Virus record (IMG/VR): IMGVR_UViG_3300042887_005646 | Length of the DNA: 64,000 bases | From: an uncultured virus (IMG/VR IMGVR_UViG_3300042887_005646) | Lineage: Duplodnaviria; Heunggongvirae; Uroviricota; Caudoviricetes | Direction: 5' to 3' (one strand) | Part shown: positions 18,758 through 28,621 of the stretch, piece after piece | How the letters are laid out: each line of letters opens with the position of its first letter | Numbering within the stretch: position 1 is the stretch's first letter | The notes under the pieces: model-generated | The model's input: only the letters and a program-made list of their open reading frames with translations | Database searches by the model: none | What the model was told of the DNA's origin: nothing | Made by a program: the position numbers and the translations under genes

Positions 18758-19750
18758 ATGGCATACAGAGAAAAATATTCGCTAGTAAGCCAGCGCGGGA
18801 CCCGGTTTATGATTGAGCCCTACTCTAAAATGTCCCACGTGCACTTTAGGCGGGACAACCTCAGCAATACGGATCTTGTCGGGGCTAGTTTCTATTATTC
18901 TCGTTTAGAGGGGGTTAGCTTTGAGGAGTCCAATCTAACGCGCGCGGATTTTTCAGCGTCCGACATAAATCCTTTTCTTGGAGCAGCGGGCCTAATCTTT
19001 CCTACTTTTAAAAACGCAGATTTAATCGACACTAACTTCAGTAACTCCAGCATTACCTCAGCAATAATGTCTAACGCCCACGCCAAAAGGGCTAATTTTA
19101 AAAAGGCGGATTTAGATAAACTTAATTTTAGGTCCGCATATTTAGCTGATTCTGATTTCACTGATGCCGTCTGCAGAGAGGCAGATTTCACCGAGGCTAT
19201 ACTTATTGGCGCTAATATAAAAAAATGCAACTTCTCTGATTGTGTGTTTTCTTCAACTCGAGGATTGGCCGGCAGAGATTTATTAGGGATTAAAATCACA
19301 GGAAGCACGTTTGCTAAAATAGATTTAAGTAAAACAAACTTTAATTCGGCCGATCTGAAAAAATCTACTTTCACAGAGGCATATTTAGTGGAAGCATCGT
19401 TCAGAGACGCTAATGCCGAAAACTCAAAATTTTATCACTCCGCTATGACCATGGCGGACCTATCGGGCGCATATTTAAGAAATACTAGTTTCGTAGATGT
19501 CTCACTAGCGTATGCTGATTTATCAGATACAAACTTAGCCTACGCCAATTTAAGCGGCGTGAACCTATTTTCCGCTAATTTAGAGAGAGCATACTTAGAA
19601 GGCGCCAATTTCAGAGGCGCAAATCTTAACGGAGCTAATTTATTCTTAGCAGATTTCGGGGCCGAAAGCGGCCGTCCCGCCTCGTTTACTGGGGCGATAA
19701 TGGAGAAGGATTTAGAGAATTATATTTCAGATAATGGAGGTATTCTCTGA
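18758..19750 (+). CDS. Pentapeptide repeat protein, array gene 1 (divergent N-terminus)
   Basis: 330 aa; pentapeptide repeats; NLFLAD...YISDNGG cap. Confidence 0.92.
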   Translation: MAYREKYSLVSQRGTRFMIEPYSKMSHVHFRRDNLSNTDLVGASFYYSRLEGVSFEESNLTRADFSASDINPFLGAAGLIFPTFKNADLIDTNFSNSSITSAIMSNAHAKRANFKKADLDKLNFRSAYLADSDFTDAVCREADFTEAILIGANIKKCNFSDCVFSSTRGLAGRDLLGIKITGSTFAKIDLSKTNFNSADLKKSTFTEAYLVEASFRDANAENSKFYHSAMTMADLSGAYLRNTSFVDVSLAYADLSDTNLAYANLSGVNLFSANLERAYLEGANFRGANLNGANLFLADFGAESGRPASFTGAIMEKDLENYISDNGGIL

Positions 19751-20694
19751 TGCCTATAGATCCAAACACAGGCACCGGGGTAGTTAAAGGGTACACAATA
19801 GGACGGGGCGCGAACTTGCAGGGCGCAGACTTGTCGGGCTATGATTTGGATAACGCGGACTTGCGGGACGCGGACTTGAGGGGGGCTAACTTGAAGGGCG
19901 CGAGTCTCTGTAACGCGGATTTGAGTAACGCTGACCTGGAGGGCGCGGACTTGCGGGACGCGCACCTCGGGCGTGCGAACTTTAGTGGCGCGATTTTTAG
20001 GAACGCGTACTTGAGTGGCGCTAGCTTGGTGGACGCGAACTTGACAGGCGCGAACCTTGTGCGCGTGAGATTGGAGAATGCGTGTTTACAGAAGGCTAAC
20101 TTGTCTAAAGCCTCCCTGCTGTTCGCTAACTTGGATAACGCGAACTTGAGGGAAGCGAACTTGAGTGGCGCTTACTTGGGGGAGGCCTACTTGACTAAGG
20201 TTATTGCTCCGGGCGCGAACTTTCAGAACGCGGACTTGAGCAACGCGAGCGGAAAGGGCGCTTACTTTCCGCGAGCGGATTTTGGCGGAGCTAAGCTTTC
20301 GGGCTCGGATTTTGCTGGAGCGGACTTTAATTCTGCAAATTTGGTCGGCGCTTCCTTCAGTGGCGCTCGGCTAAAATGCGCTCAGTTTAACGCCGCTCGC
20401 CTATCCAATTCGAACTTCAGAGGGGCTGACTTGAAGCTAGTGGGCTTTCGCCACTCGGACCTTACCGGGGCTAATTTTATTTTTTCTCTCTTGGACGAGG
20501 CCTCCTTGAGTTTCGCAAACTTGGAGCAGGCTAGCTTTGATGGCGCCCGCTTGCGCAACGCGAGTTTTATGCACGCGAATTTATTTTTAGCTAGTTTTAC
20601 TGACTGCGAGGAGATAGATAGCGCTAATTTTGACGACGCCTACATGGACCCGCATCTACGTGATTATATTTCTTTTAGAGGGGGCAACGTATAA
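19750..20694 (+). CDS. Pentapeptide repeat protein, array gene 2
   Basis: 314 aa; MPIDPNTGTG N-cap; TGATG overlap. Confidence 0.95.
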   Translation: MPIDPNTGTGVVKGYTIGRGANLQGADLSGYDLDNADLRDADLRGANLKGASLCNADLSNADLEGADLRDAHLGRANFSGAIFRNAYLSGASLVDANLTGANLVRVRLENACLQKANLSKASLLFANLDNANLREANLSGAYLGEAYLTKVIAPGANFQNADLSNASGKGAYFPRADFGGAKLSGSDFAGADFNSANLVGASFSGARLKCAQFNAARLSNSNFRGADLKLVGFRHSDLTGANFIFSLLDEASLSFANLEQASFDGARLRNASFMHANLFLASFTDCEEIDSANFDDAYMDPHLRDYISFRGGNV

Positions 20695-21476
20695 TGCCCA
20701 TAGACAAGAGCACAGGCACCGGGGTAGTTAAAGGGTATACAATAGGGCCGGGCTCTAACTTGGAAAACGCAGACTTGTCGCTGGCTGACCTACAGGGCGC
20801 GAATTTACAATACGCAAACTTGGTGGGCGCCGACTTGACGGGCGCGGACTTGACGGGCGTGCTTTTTAGTGGCGCGAACATGTCCTACGCAACTATGTTG
20901 GATGCTAAGCTACTAAGAGCGAAGGCCACCGAGGCCAACCTGTATAGCGCCGACCTTAGACACGCAGTTCTAGAGGAGGCACGCCTTAGTTGTACTAACT
21001 TAAGTTTCGCGAATTTAGAGCGCGCAAACCTAAGGAACGCCGTTATTAGTGAGTCAAACTTGGATGGGGCGAACCTGTTTAACGCGGAATTGAGGAAAAC
21101 TTATTTTTTGCTCTCGCGCTTAAACGGCGCTATCCTGAACAGCTCGCACTTAGAGAAGGCGTCTCTCAGGCGTTCGAGCCTTGTGGGGGCGGACATTAGT
21201 CACTGTTTCTTAAACGGGGTGGACCTCGAGGACTCGGACCTGTCTGGCGCTAACCTGCAAGGGGCAGACCTGCGGGGAGCGCGCCTCATCGGCGCTAACT
21301 TAGAGGGGGCGAACTTGTCCCGGGCATTATTAGAGCGAGCTGACTTCAACGGAGCAAATTTATTTTTAGCCGATATAAATATGGGCAGTCATTTGTTTAA
21401 TGGCGTTGATTTTGCCGGCGCCTTCATGGATTACAAACTAAGGGATTATATTATTGCTCGGGGAGGCAGAGTATAA
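20694..21476 (+). CDS. Pentapeptide repeat protein, array gene 3
   Basis: 260 aa; shared caps; TAATG overlap. Confidence 0.95.
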   Translation: MPIDKSTGTGVVKGYTIGPGSNLENADLSLADLQGANLQYANLVGADLTGADLTGVLFSGANMSYATMLDAKLLRAKATEANLYSADLRHAVLEEARLSCTNLSFANLERANLRNAVISESNLDGANLFNAELRKTYFLLSRLNGAILNSSHLEKASLRRSSLVGADISHCFLNGVDLEDSDLSGANLQGADLRGARLIGANLEGANLSRALLERADFNGANLFLADINMGSHLFNGVDFAGAFMDYKLRDYIIARGGRV

Positions 21477-22105
21477 TGTCTATAGACCCAAAGACAGGCA
21501 GGGGGATAGTTCACGGGTACACAATAGGCCCGGACGCGAACTTGGAGGATGCAAACTTGAGAGCCGCAGACTTGTCGGGCGCGGACTTGGCGCGCGCGAA
21601 CTTGTTGGAGGCGAACCTAAAGTACGCCAATCTGGAGAGCGCATGTTTAAAGAACTCCAGCTTGAGAAACGCAGTTTTGCTCGGCGCCAACTTGCGGCGT
21701 GCGAACTTGGCGTTCGCCTACCTAAAGGAAGCCGACCTGGAGGGCGCGGACTTGACGGGCGCGGACTTGTACGGCGTGAGCCTAACGGATGCGGATTTAA
21801 GGAGCGCGAACTTGCAGGGCGCTACCTTGTTTGGCTCTGACTTGTATTGTGCAAGCTTCTGGCGGGCTAACTTGCGGGGCACGCAGTTCGTCGAAGCGAT
21901 CTTGGTTAGCGCCTACCTAGAGGGCGCGGACCTTGAGGGGGGTAATCTCCGTTGCGCTGTACTAAGGGACACTATCTTTAGAAATGCTAACTTGTTTTTA
22001 GCTGATTTTACTGACTGCCAAGGTATAGAGTCGGCCAATTTCGAAGGCGCCTTCATGGATAACAAACTCAGGGAGTATATAAGATCTCAGGGAGGCAGAG
22101 TATAA
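21476..22105 (+). CDS. Pentapeptide repeat protein, array gene 4
   Basis: 209 aa; shared caps; TAATG overlap. Confidence 0.95.
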   Translation: MSIDPKTGRGIVHGYTIGPDANLEDANLRAADLSGADLARANLLEANLKYANLESACLKNSSLRNAVLLGANLRRANLAFAYLKEADLEGADLTGADLYGVSLTDADLRSANLQGATLFGSDLYCASFWRANLRGTQFVEAILVSAYLEGADLEGGNLRCAVLRDTIFRNANLFLADFTDCQGIESANFEGAFMDNKLREYIRSQGGRV

Positions 22106-22524
22106 TGTCAATCGACCCAAATACAGGCATCGGTATTTTTAACGGCTATCTGATAGCTCCGGGCGCAAACCTGGTGGACGCGCACTTAGCGTGGGCGGAC
22201 TTGACAGGCGCAAACTTGTTTGGCGCGGACTTGCGTGGCGCTAACTTAGAAGGCGCGATATTGACCCGCGCGTCATTAAGTAGCGCGGACTTGAGTGGCG
22301 CGAACTTGAGTGGCGCGAACTTGTATTGCACGGCATTGAGTGGCGCAAACTTGGAGGGCGCGGACTTACGTTTAGCTAACCTAAGGTATACTAACTTCTA
22401 CTACGCGAATTTATTTTTTGCCAACTTAGACAACGCGGAGCTGATTTCGAGCGCCCGCTTTAGTGAAGCTGACATGGACCCTAAGCTCCTCCAGTATATT
22501 ATTAGCCGTGGAGCAATACTGTAA
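22105..22524 (+). CDS. Pentapeptide repeat protein, array gene 5
   Basis: 139 aa; shared caps; TAATG overlap. Confidence 0.95.
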   Translation: MSIDPNTGIGIFNGYLIAPGANLVDAHLAWADLTGANLFGADLRGANLEGAILTRASLSSADLSGANLSGANLYCTALSGANLEGADLRLANLRYTNFYYANLFFANLDNAELISSARFSEADMDPKLLQYIISRGAIL

Positions 22525-22988
22525 TGTCAATAGATCCTAAAACAGGCACCGGGGTGGTTAAAGGCTATACAATAAGGCCATATGCCTACTTAAAAGGCGC
22601 GAATTTGAGTTATACGGACTTGTCGGGCGCGAACTTGAGGGGCGCGAACTTGGAAGGCGCGTACTTGGAGAGCACGGAGCTTGATGACGTTGACCTGGAG
22701 GGCGCAGACTTGGTGGACGCTACCTTGAGGAACGCCGTCTTGGGGGGAGCAAACTTAAGAAGAGCGTGCTTGGTGAGAGCGAACTTGAGTGGCGCAGACC
22801 TCTTTAATGCAGACCTTGAGGGGGCAAACCTAAGTCGCACTATATTGAGCGGCACTGACTTTAAAGCGGCTAACTTATTTTTAGCTGATTTTACTGACTG
22901 CAGAGGTATAGCGTCGGCCAATTTCGAGGACGCCTTCATGGATGACAGGCTTAGAGATTATATAAGATCTCTTGGCGGTAACATATAA
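22524..22988 (+). CDS. Pentapeptide repeat protein, array gene 6
   Basis: 154 aa; shared caps; TAATG overlap. Confidence 0.95.
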   Translation: MSIDPKTGTGVVKGYTIRPYAYLKGANLSYTDLSGANLRGANLEGAYLESTELDDVDLEGADLVDATLRNAVLGGANLRRACLVRANLSGADLFNADLEGANLSRTILSGTDFKAANLFLADFTDCRGIASANFEDAFMDDRLRDYIRSLGGNI

Positions 22989-23512
22989 TGCCTATAAATC
23001 CCAAAACAGGTACCGGTATTATTAACGGCTATAAGATAGCCCCCGGCTCGGACTTGGAGGGCGCGGACTTGGCGGGCGCGCGCTTGTATCGCGCGAAGTT
23101 GAGGGATGCGAACCTGGAGGGGGCTAACCTGAGGGGCGCTAGCTTGGTTGGCGCGAGGTTGGGGGGCGCTAGCTTGGTTGGCGCGAGGTTGGGGGGCGCG
23201 TACCTGGAGGGCGCGGACTTGTCGCACGCGAACCTGTTTCGCGGGGACTTGACGGGCGCGGACTTGTATAGCGCGAACTTGGAGGGCGCGGACTTGGCGA
23301 GCGGGGTCTTGGGCGGAGCGAACTTGAAGCAGGCGAACTTGGAGGGCGCGAACTTGAGGTACACGGACTTAGATAGAGCTAGCTTTGGAGAGGCCAACTT
23401 ATTTTTAGCTGATCTCTATGGCGCCAAAAACATAGACAAAGCCTTTTTTTATGGAGCCTTCATGGATGACAGGCTTAGAGATTATATAAAGTCTCAGGGC
23501 GGTAAGGTTTAA
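22988..23512 (+). CDS. Pentapeptide repeat protein, array gene 7
   Basis: 174 aa; shared caps; TAATG overlap. Confidence 0.95.
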   Translation: MPINPKTGTGIINGYKIAPGSDLEGADLAGARLYRAKLRDANLEGANLRGASLVGARLGGASLVGARLGGAYLEGADLSHANLFRGDLTGADLYSANLEGADLASGVLGGANLKQANLEGANLRYTDLDRASFGEANLFLADLYGAKNIDKAFFYGAFMDDRLRDYIKSQGGKV

Positions 23513-23513
23513 C

Positions 23514-24140
23514 ATGGCTATAGATCAAAATGGCACCGGGGTAGCTAACGGGTACACAATAGGACCTGGCGCTATCTTAATTTGCGCAAACTTGGCGCGC
23601 GCGGACTTGCGTGGCGCGGACTTGATCGACGCTCTCTTGACTGACGCTGTCTTGACTTACGCGGATTTGCGGGGCGCGTATCTTTATAACGTGGACCTCG
23701 AGCAGGCGGACTTGAGAGGCGCTAACCTAGCGGACGCGAACCTGTCGGAAGCAAAGTTGGCGGACGCGAAGTTGGCGGGCGCGAACTTGAGGGGCGCTAT
23801 CCTGGAGTCCGCGCACTTGCTGGCCGCGGACTTTGTGGGCGCTAACCTGGAGGGCGCGGACTTGAGGGGCGCGGACTTGCAGAGCGCGCGCTTCTGGCGC
23901 GCCGACTTGACCGGTGCGACCCTTAGGGACGCGGACTTGAGTTTCGTTAGTTTTATGGGTGCAGATCTGTCGGGCGCGAACTTGCGGTACACGGACTTAG
24001 ATAGAGCTAGCTTTGGAGAGGCCAACTTGTTTTTAGCTGATCTCTATGGCGCCAAAAACGTAGACAAAGCCTTTTTTGGTGGAGCCTTCATGGATGACAA
24101 ACTCAGGGAGTATATAAGATCTCGGGGGGGTAACATATAA
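23514..24140 (+). CDS. Pentapeptide repeat protein, array gene 8
   Basis: 208 aa; shared caps. Confidence 0.95.
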   Translation: MAIDQNGTGVANGYTIGPGAILICANLARADLRGADLIDALLTDAVLTYADLRGAYLYNVDLEQADLRGANLADANLSEAKLADAKLAGANLRGAILESAHLLAADFVGANLEGADLRGADLQSARFWRADLTGATLRDADLSFVSFMGADLSGANLRYTDLDRASFGEANLFLADLYGAKNVDKAFFGGAFMDDKLREYIRSRGGNI

Positions 24141-24634
24141 TGCCAATAAACCCAACGACAGGTATAGGTACATACCGCGGATATAAGATTCGCCCCGACG
24201 CCGATCTCTCAGGAGCTAATCTTGAGGGGGCGGACCTGCGTGGGGCGTACCTGTCTGGGACAGATCTTAGAGGGGCTAACCTTAGAGGTGCTAACCTGAC
24301 TGAGGTGGCACTGCAGCGGGTGGACCTGAGGGGTGCGGACCTGAGTGGGGCAATACTGGAGAGGGCAAATCTGACGGGAGCGAACCTGAGTGGGTTGTAC
24401 CTTGCAGGGGCGCGCCTGGCCATGGCCATCCTGGGGGAAGCAGACCTGAGTGGGGCCGACCTGGAGGGGGCTGACTTGAGAAGGGCGGGCATTAGTAGTA
24501 CTAACCTGAGGGGGGCGAATTTATTTTTAACAGACTTATATTCGGCACACCAAATAAACACAGCCTTCTTTGAAGACACCTTCACGGACCCTAAGCTCCG
24601 GAGGTATATTATTTCTCGGGGGGGTAACATATAA
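24140..24634 (+). CDS. Pentapeptide repeat protein, array gene 9
   Basis: 164 aa; shared caps; TAATG overlap. Confidence 0.95.
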   Translation: MPINPTTGIGTYRGYKIRPDADLSGANLEGADLRGAYLSGTDLRGANLRGANLTEVALQRVDLRGADLSGAILERANLTGANLSGLYLAGARLAMAILGEADLSGADLEGADLRRAGISSTNLRGANLFLTDLYSAHQINTAFFEDTFTDPKLRRYIISRGGNI

Positions 24635-25443
24635 TGCCAATAGATCCTAAAACAGGCACCGGTATTGTTAACGGCTATCATATAGGCCCCGACGTGGACC
24701 TTACTGGCGCGGACTTGAGGGACGGGTACTTGAGTGGCGCGGACTTGAGTGGCGCTAACTTGAGTAGCTCGGACTTGACTCACGCGTACTTGCTGCACGC
24801 GGATTTGAGTAGCGCAAACTTGTACGACGCGAACCTGACGAGCGCAAACCTAAAGGCCGCTAATTTATCCGGCGCAAACCTTTCGGCGACTACCATGAGT
24901 TTCTCAAACCTTTCGGGCGCGGACTTGAGGGGCGCGGACTTGACTGGCTCCTACTTGCTGAGCGCGGACTTGAGTGGCGCGGACTTGTGGGACGCGAACT
25001 TGAGTAGCACGTACTTAGTGAGAGCGAACTTGAGGGGCGCTACCCCGGTGGGCGCAAACTTTACTGGGGCGAACCTATCGAGCTCGAACTTGGTGCGCGC
25101 GGACCTGGAGGGCGCTAACCTGGAGCGCGCTAACCTATATTACGCTAACTTGAGTGGCTCAAACTTGGCGTACGCTGACCTCTCGCGCGCTAACCTGGTT
25201 GCCACGGACTTGAGTGGCGCGAACTTGACGGGCGCTCACCTGACGGAAGTTAGATTTATTGATGTAGATCTGGCGGGCGCTATCTTGTCGAACGCGGACT
25301 TGAGTGGCTCGGACTTGAGTGGCGCGAACTTATTTTTAGCTAATTTTACTGACTGCCAAGGTATAGAGTTAGCGAATTTTGATGGAGCCTTCATGGATGA
25401 CAAACTCAGGGAGTATATAAGGTCTCGGGGGGGTAACATATAA
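24634..25443 (+). CDS. Pentapeptide repeat protein, array gene 10
   Basis: 269 aa; shared caps; TAATG overlap. Confidence 0.95.
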   Translation: MPIDPKTGTGIVNGYHIGPDVDLTGADLRDGYLSGADLSGANLSSSDLTHAYLLHADLSSANLYDANLTSANLKAANLSGANLSATTMSFSNLSGADLRGADLTGSYLLSADLSGADLWDANLSSTYLVRANLRGATPVGANFTGANLSSSNLVRADLEGANLERANLYYANLSGSNLAYADLSRANLVATDLSGANLTGAHLTEVRFIDVDLAGAILSNADLSGSDLSGANLFLANFTDCQGIELANFDGAFMDDKLREYIRSRGGNI

Positions 25444-26036
25444 TGGCTATAGACCCAAAGACAGGCACCGGACGAGTTAATGGATTCTTAATACGCCCTC
25501 AAATTAACCTTCGGGGCGCTAACCTTTCGGGCGCTAACCTGCGCGGCGCAAACCTTTCGGGCGCTAACATGGAGGGCGCTAGCCTGGCAAAAGCGGATCT
25601 GACCGGAGCTAACCTCAGTGACGCAGATCTTAGAAGGGCGGACTTGTGGGGCGCGGAGCTGACGTCTGTGGACTTGAGTAGAGCGGACCTTTATGCCGCT
25701 ACCCTAACTAACGCAAAAATTTTGCGTGCCAACTTATCTTGCGCAAGCTTGCGCACGGCCACCCTGAAAGGCGCAAATCTTAACTCAGCGGACCTTAGCA
25801 GAGCGGACCTCGTATTGGCATACCTTTGTGAAGCCGACTTAACCCTAGCTAACCTGGAGGGAGCTGACCTTAGGAACGCTACATTGCGCAATGTAAATTT
25901 TTATCTAGCTAACCTGTTTTTGGCTAAATTATACGGCGCGAAGATGATAGATACCGCTTCCTTTGAAGCCGCTTACATGGACCCTAAGCTCTTTGATTAT
26001 ATTATATCAGAGGGAGGAGGTAACATATGGCTATAG
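25443..26036 (+). CDS. Pentapeptide repeat protein, array gene 11
   Basis: 197 aa; shared caps; C-terminus reads 2 codons into the next gene. Confidence 0.95.
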   Translation: MAIDPKTGTGRVNGFLIRPQINLRGANLSGANLRGANLSGANMEGASLAKADLTGANLSDADLRRADLWGAELTSVDLSRADLYAATLTNAKILRANLSCASLRTATLKGANLNSADLSRADLVLAYLCEADLTLANLEGADLRNATLRNVNFYLANLFLAKLYGAKMIDTASFEAAYMDPKLFDYIISEGGGNIWL

Positions 26037-26605
26037 ACCCAAAGACAGGCACCGGCATTGTTAACGGCTATGAGATAGCCCCGGGCGCTTACTTGCTTGG
26101 CGCTAACTTGAGGGGCGCGGATTTGGTGGGCGCAAACTTGTTTCGTGCAGACTTGTATGGCGCGGACTTGGCGGGCGCAAACTTACAGGGCGCTAAACTT
26201 AGTCGCGCGGACTTGAGGGGCGCGAACTTGAAGGACGCGATCTTGAGGCAAGCTAACTTACAGGGCGCGAACTTGAGGGGCGCGTACTTACAGGTTACTA
26301 ACTTATCGGGCGCGGACCTGCAGGGCGCTGACTTGGAGGGCGCGATCTTGTATAAAGCGAACTTGGAGGGCACTAACTTGACAGGCGCGACCCTTAGGGA
26401 CGCAAGCTTGAAGGACGCGTACTTGTGGGGCGCAGATCTGGAGGGCGCGAACTTGACGGGAGCAAACTTGGAGCTAGCGAGCTTTGGAGAGGCCAACTTA
26501 TTTTTAGCTGATCTCTATGGCGCCAAAAACATAGACAAAGCCCTTTTTTATCTCGCCTTCATGGATGACAAACTCAGGGAATATATAAGGTCTCGGAGGG
26601 GGTAA
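26027..26605 (+). CDS. Pentapeptide repeat protein, array gene 12
   Basis: 192 aa; shared caps; ends SRRG from a +1 shift in the G-run. Confidence 0.95.
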   Translation: MAIDPKTGTGIVNGYEIAPGAYLLGANLRGADLVGANLFRADLYGADLAGANLQGAKLSRADLRGANLKDAILRQANLQGANLRGAYLQVTNLSGADLQGADLEGAILYKANLEGTNLTGATLRDASLKDAYLWGADLEGANLTGANLELASFGEANLFLADLYGAKNIDKALFYLAFMDDKLREYIRSRRG

Positions 26606-26611
26606 CATATA

Positions 26612-27268
26612 ATGGCTATAGACCCAAAGACAGGCACCGGTATTGTTCCCGGGTACACAGTAGGCCCGGGCCCGAACTTATACACAATAGGCCCGGGCGC
26701 AAACTTACAGAACGCGATCTTGACGCACGCGAACTTACAAGGCGCGGACTTAAGTGGCGCAAACTTGAGTGGCGCGGACTTAAGTGGCGCGAAGTTACAG
26801 GGCGCGAACTTACAGGGCGCAAACCTGGCTCGAGCGTACTTGTGGGGCGCGGACCTGGAGCAGGCGAACTTGAGAGGCGCTAACCTTTCGGCCGTTAACC
26901 TGGCGGAGGCCTACCTGAGGGGCGCGGACTTGAGGGGCGCGTACTTGATTGGCGCGAACTTGTATTACACGGCATTGAGTGGCGCAAGCTTGGAGGACGC
27001 GTACCTGGTTAACGCGATCTTTACCTGCGCGGAGTTGCATGATGCGAACCTGTCGCGCGCCGACTTGACTTTCGCTAAATTTAAGGGCGCGGATTTGCCG
27101 GGCGCGAACTTTATGGGAGCGGACTTAGAGACAGCTGACTTTAAAGATTCCAACTTATTTTTAGCTGATTTTACTGACGCCAAAAACATAACCACAGCCC
27201 TTTTTTATGGCGCCTTCATGGATGACAGGCTTAGAGATTATATAAGATCTCGGGGAGGTAACATATAA
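26612..27268 (+). CDS. Pentapeptide repeat protein, array gene 13
   Basis: 218 aa; duplicated YT(V/I)GPG in the N-cap. Confidence 0.95.
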   Translation: MAIDPKTGTGIVPGYTVGPGPNLYTIGPGANLQNAILTHANLQGADLSGANLSGADLSGAKLQGANLQGANLARAYLWGADLEQANLRGANLSAVNLAEAYLRGADLRGAYLIGANLYYTALSGASLEDAYLVNAIFTCAELHDANLSRADLTFAKFKGADLPGANFMGADLETADFKDSNLFLADFTDAKNITTALFYGAFMDDRLRDYIRSRGGNI

Positions 27269-27825
27269 TGGCTATAGACCCAAGGACAGGCACGGGGATT
27301 GTTAATGGTCACAAGATAGTCCCGCGTGCGTACCTACCTGGCGTGGACCTGAGCGGCGCTGACTTAACGGGCGCGTACTTGGTGGGCGCAAACTTGGAGG
27401 GCGCAAACTTACAGGGCGCGATCTTGGTGAACGCAAACTTGTCGAAAGCGAACTTGTGGGACGCGAACCTAGAGGGCGCGAACTTGCGTAACGCGAGCTT
27501 ATCTGAAACAGACTTTAGGCGCGCCACCTTGGCGCGCGCAAGCTTATCGCACGCGACCTTGCGAGGCGCTAAATTAACAAACGCGAATTTGAGCTTTGCT
27601 GATCTGGGTGGCGCGCACCTGAGTGGGGCTAACCTGCATAGAGCTGACCTTGAGCACGCGAACTTTATGGGAGCGGTCTTAGAGAACGCTGACTTTAAAG
27701 GCGCTAATTTATTTTTAGCTTATTTTTTTAGTTACTGCAGAAATATATCGTCAGCGAATTTTGAGGGTGCCTTCATGGACGACAAACTAATGAGTTATAT
27801 AATCTCCAAAGGCGGCAGGTTTTAA
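27268..27825 (+). CDS. Pentapeptide repeat protein, array gene 14
   Basis: 185 aa; shared caps; TAATG overlap. Confidence 0.95.
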   Translation: MAIDPRTGTGIVNGHKIVPRAYLPGVDLSGADLTGAYLVGANLEGANLQGAILVNANLSKANLWDANLEGANLRNASLSETDFRRATLARASLSHATLRGAKLTNANLSFADLGGAHLSGANLHRADLEHANFMGAVLENADFKGANLFLAYFFSYCRNISSANFEGAFMDDKLMSYIISKGGRF

Positions 27826-28621
27826 CTACTATACTCAGTAGGTTGTTGTTGTGGTTGCGCCTGCGGCCCTACCCACGGCCCTATAACCATCAGGCCCGCC
27901 GGCGCGCCCCTGCAGATAACGCAGCCGGTTAACGGCGCGACAGCATATGCTCCTGCGAAAAGCCCGCATATGAGCGTCGCTAACACAACGAAGACCGTGC
28001 ATTAAGCAGCGAACGTAATAAAAATACGTAAAAGTAGGCGGCTGCTTTATGAAACGCTGTAGATTCGATGATGTAGTAGGCGCCTACATGCTAAAAATTA
28101 CTATTTTCTGCTCAAAACAGCCATTTTCAGGCCAAAAAGCGCCTAAAAACTACGTTTTCGGGCGCTTTTACCGTCTACCAGGGCGCACAAGGCGGTAAAT
28201 CCCTAGTGTTTATGCGGGCTTCCGGTACCAAAAATGTGTCAATAATACCCCTATCATTGACACATATTGGCTGTTTTGGCTCAAAAACGGGCTGTCAAAA
28301 CAGGAATTCTAGCTGACAGGGCACAAATAGTAGGTGAAAAGTAGGCGTGAACGAGCCACCTACTTTCGTTATATTTTTACAGCAGACGTTTTTATTACCA
28401 TACATTAGCGCTACGCCGGTACATTACCGCCGCACTGTCACAGTTATTGCGTCGGTAATGTACCCCCGCCAGGCAGAACGCACCTTAAACGGGGTCCGCG
28501 CTAAAAATAAATATACACACAAACATTAAGCCGCGCTTAATGTTTGCGCCTGCCCACCACAATAGACGTGGTGGCCTCTCTATGCACGAGGCCGTGGGGG
28601 GTTAAGCACGCTAAGGCCGGA

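Noticed and set aside
18758..27825. Possible CRISPR array or diversity-generating retroelement
   Set aside because: Repeats are protein-coding caps hundreds of bases apart; no cas or reverse transcriptase gene in the window, and no evident adenine-specific template/variable pair
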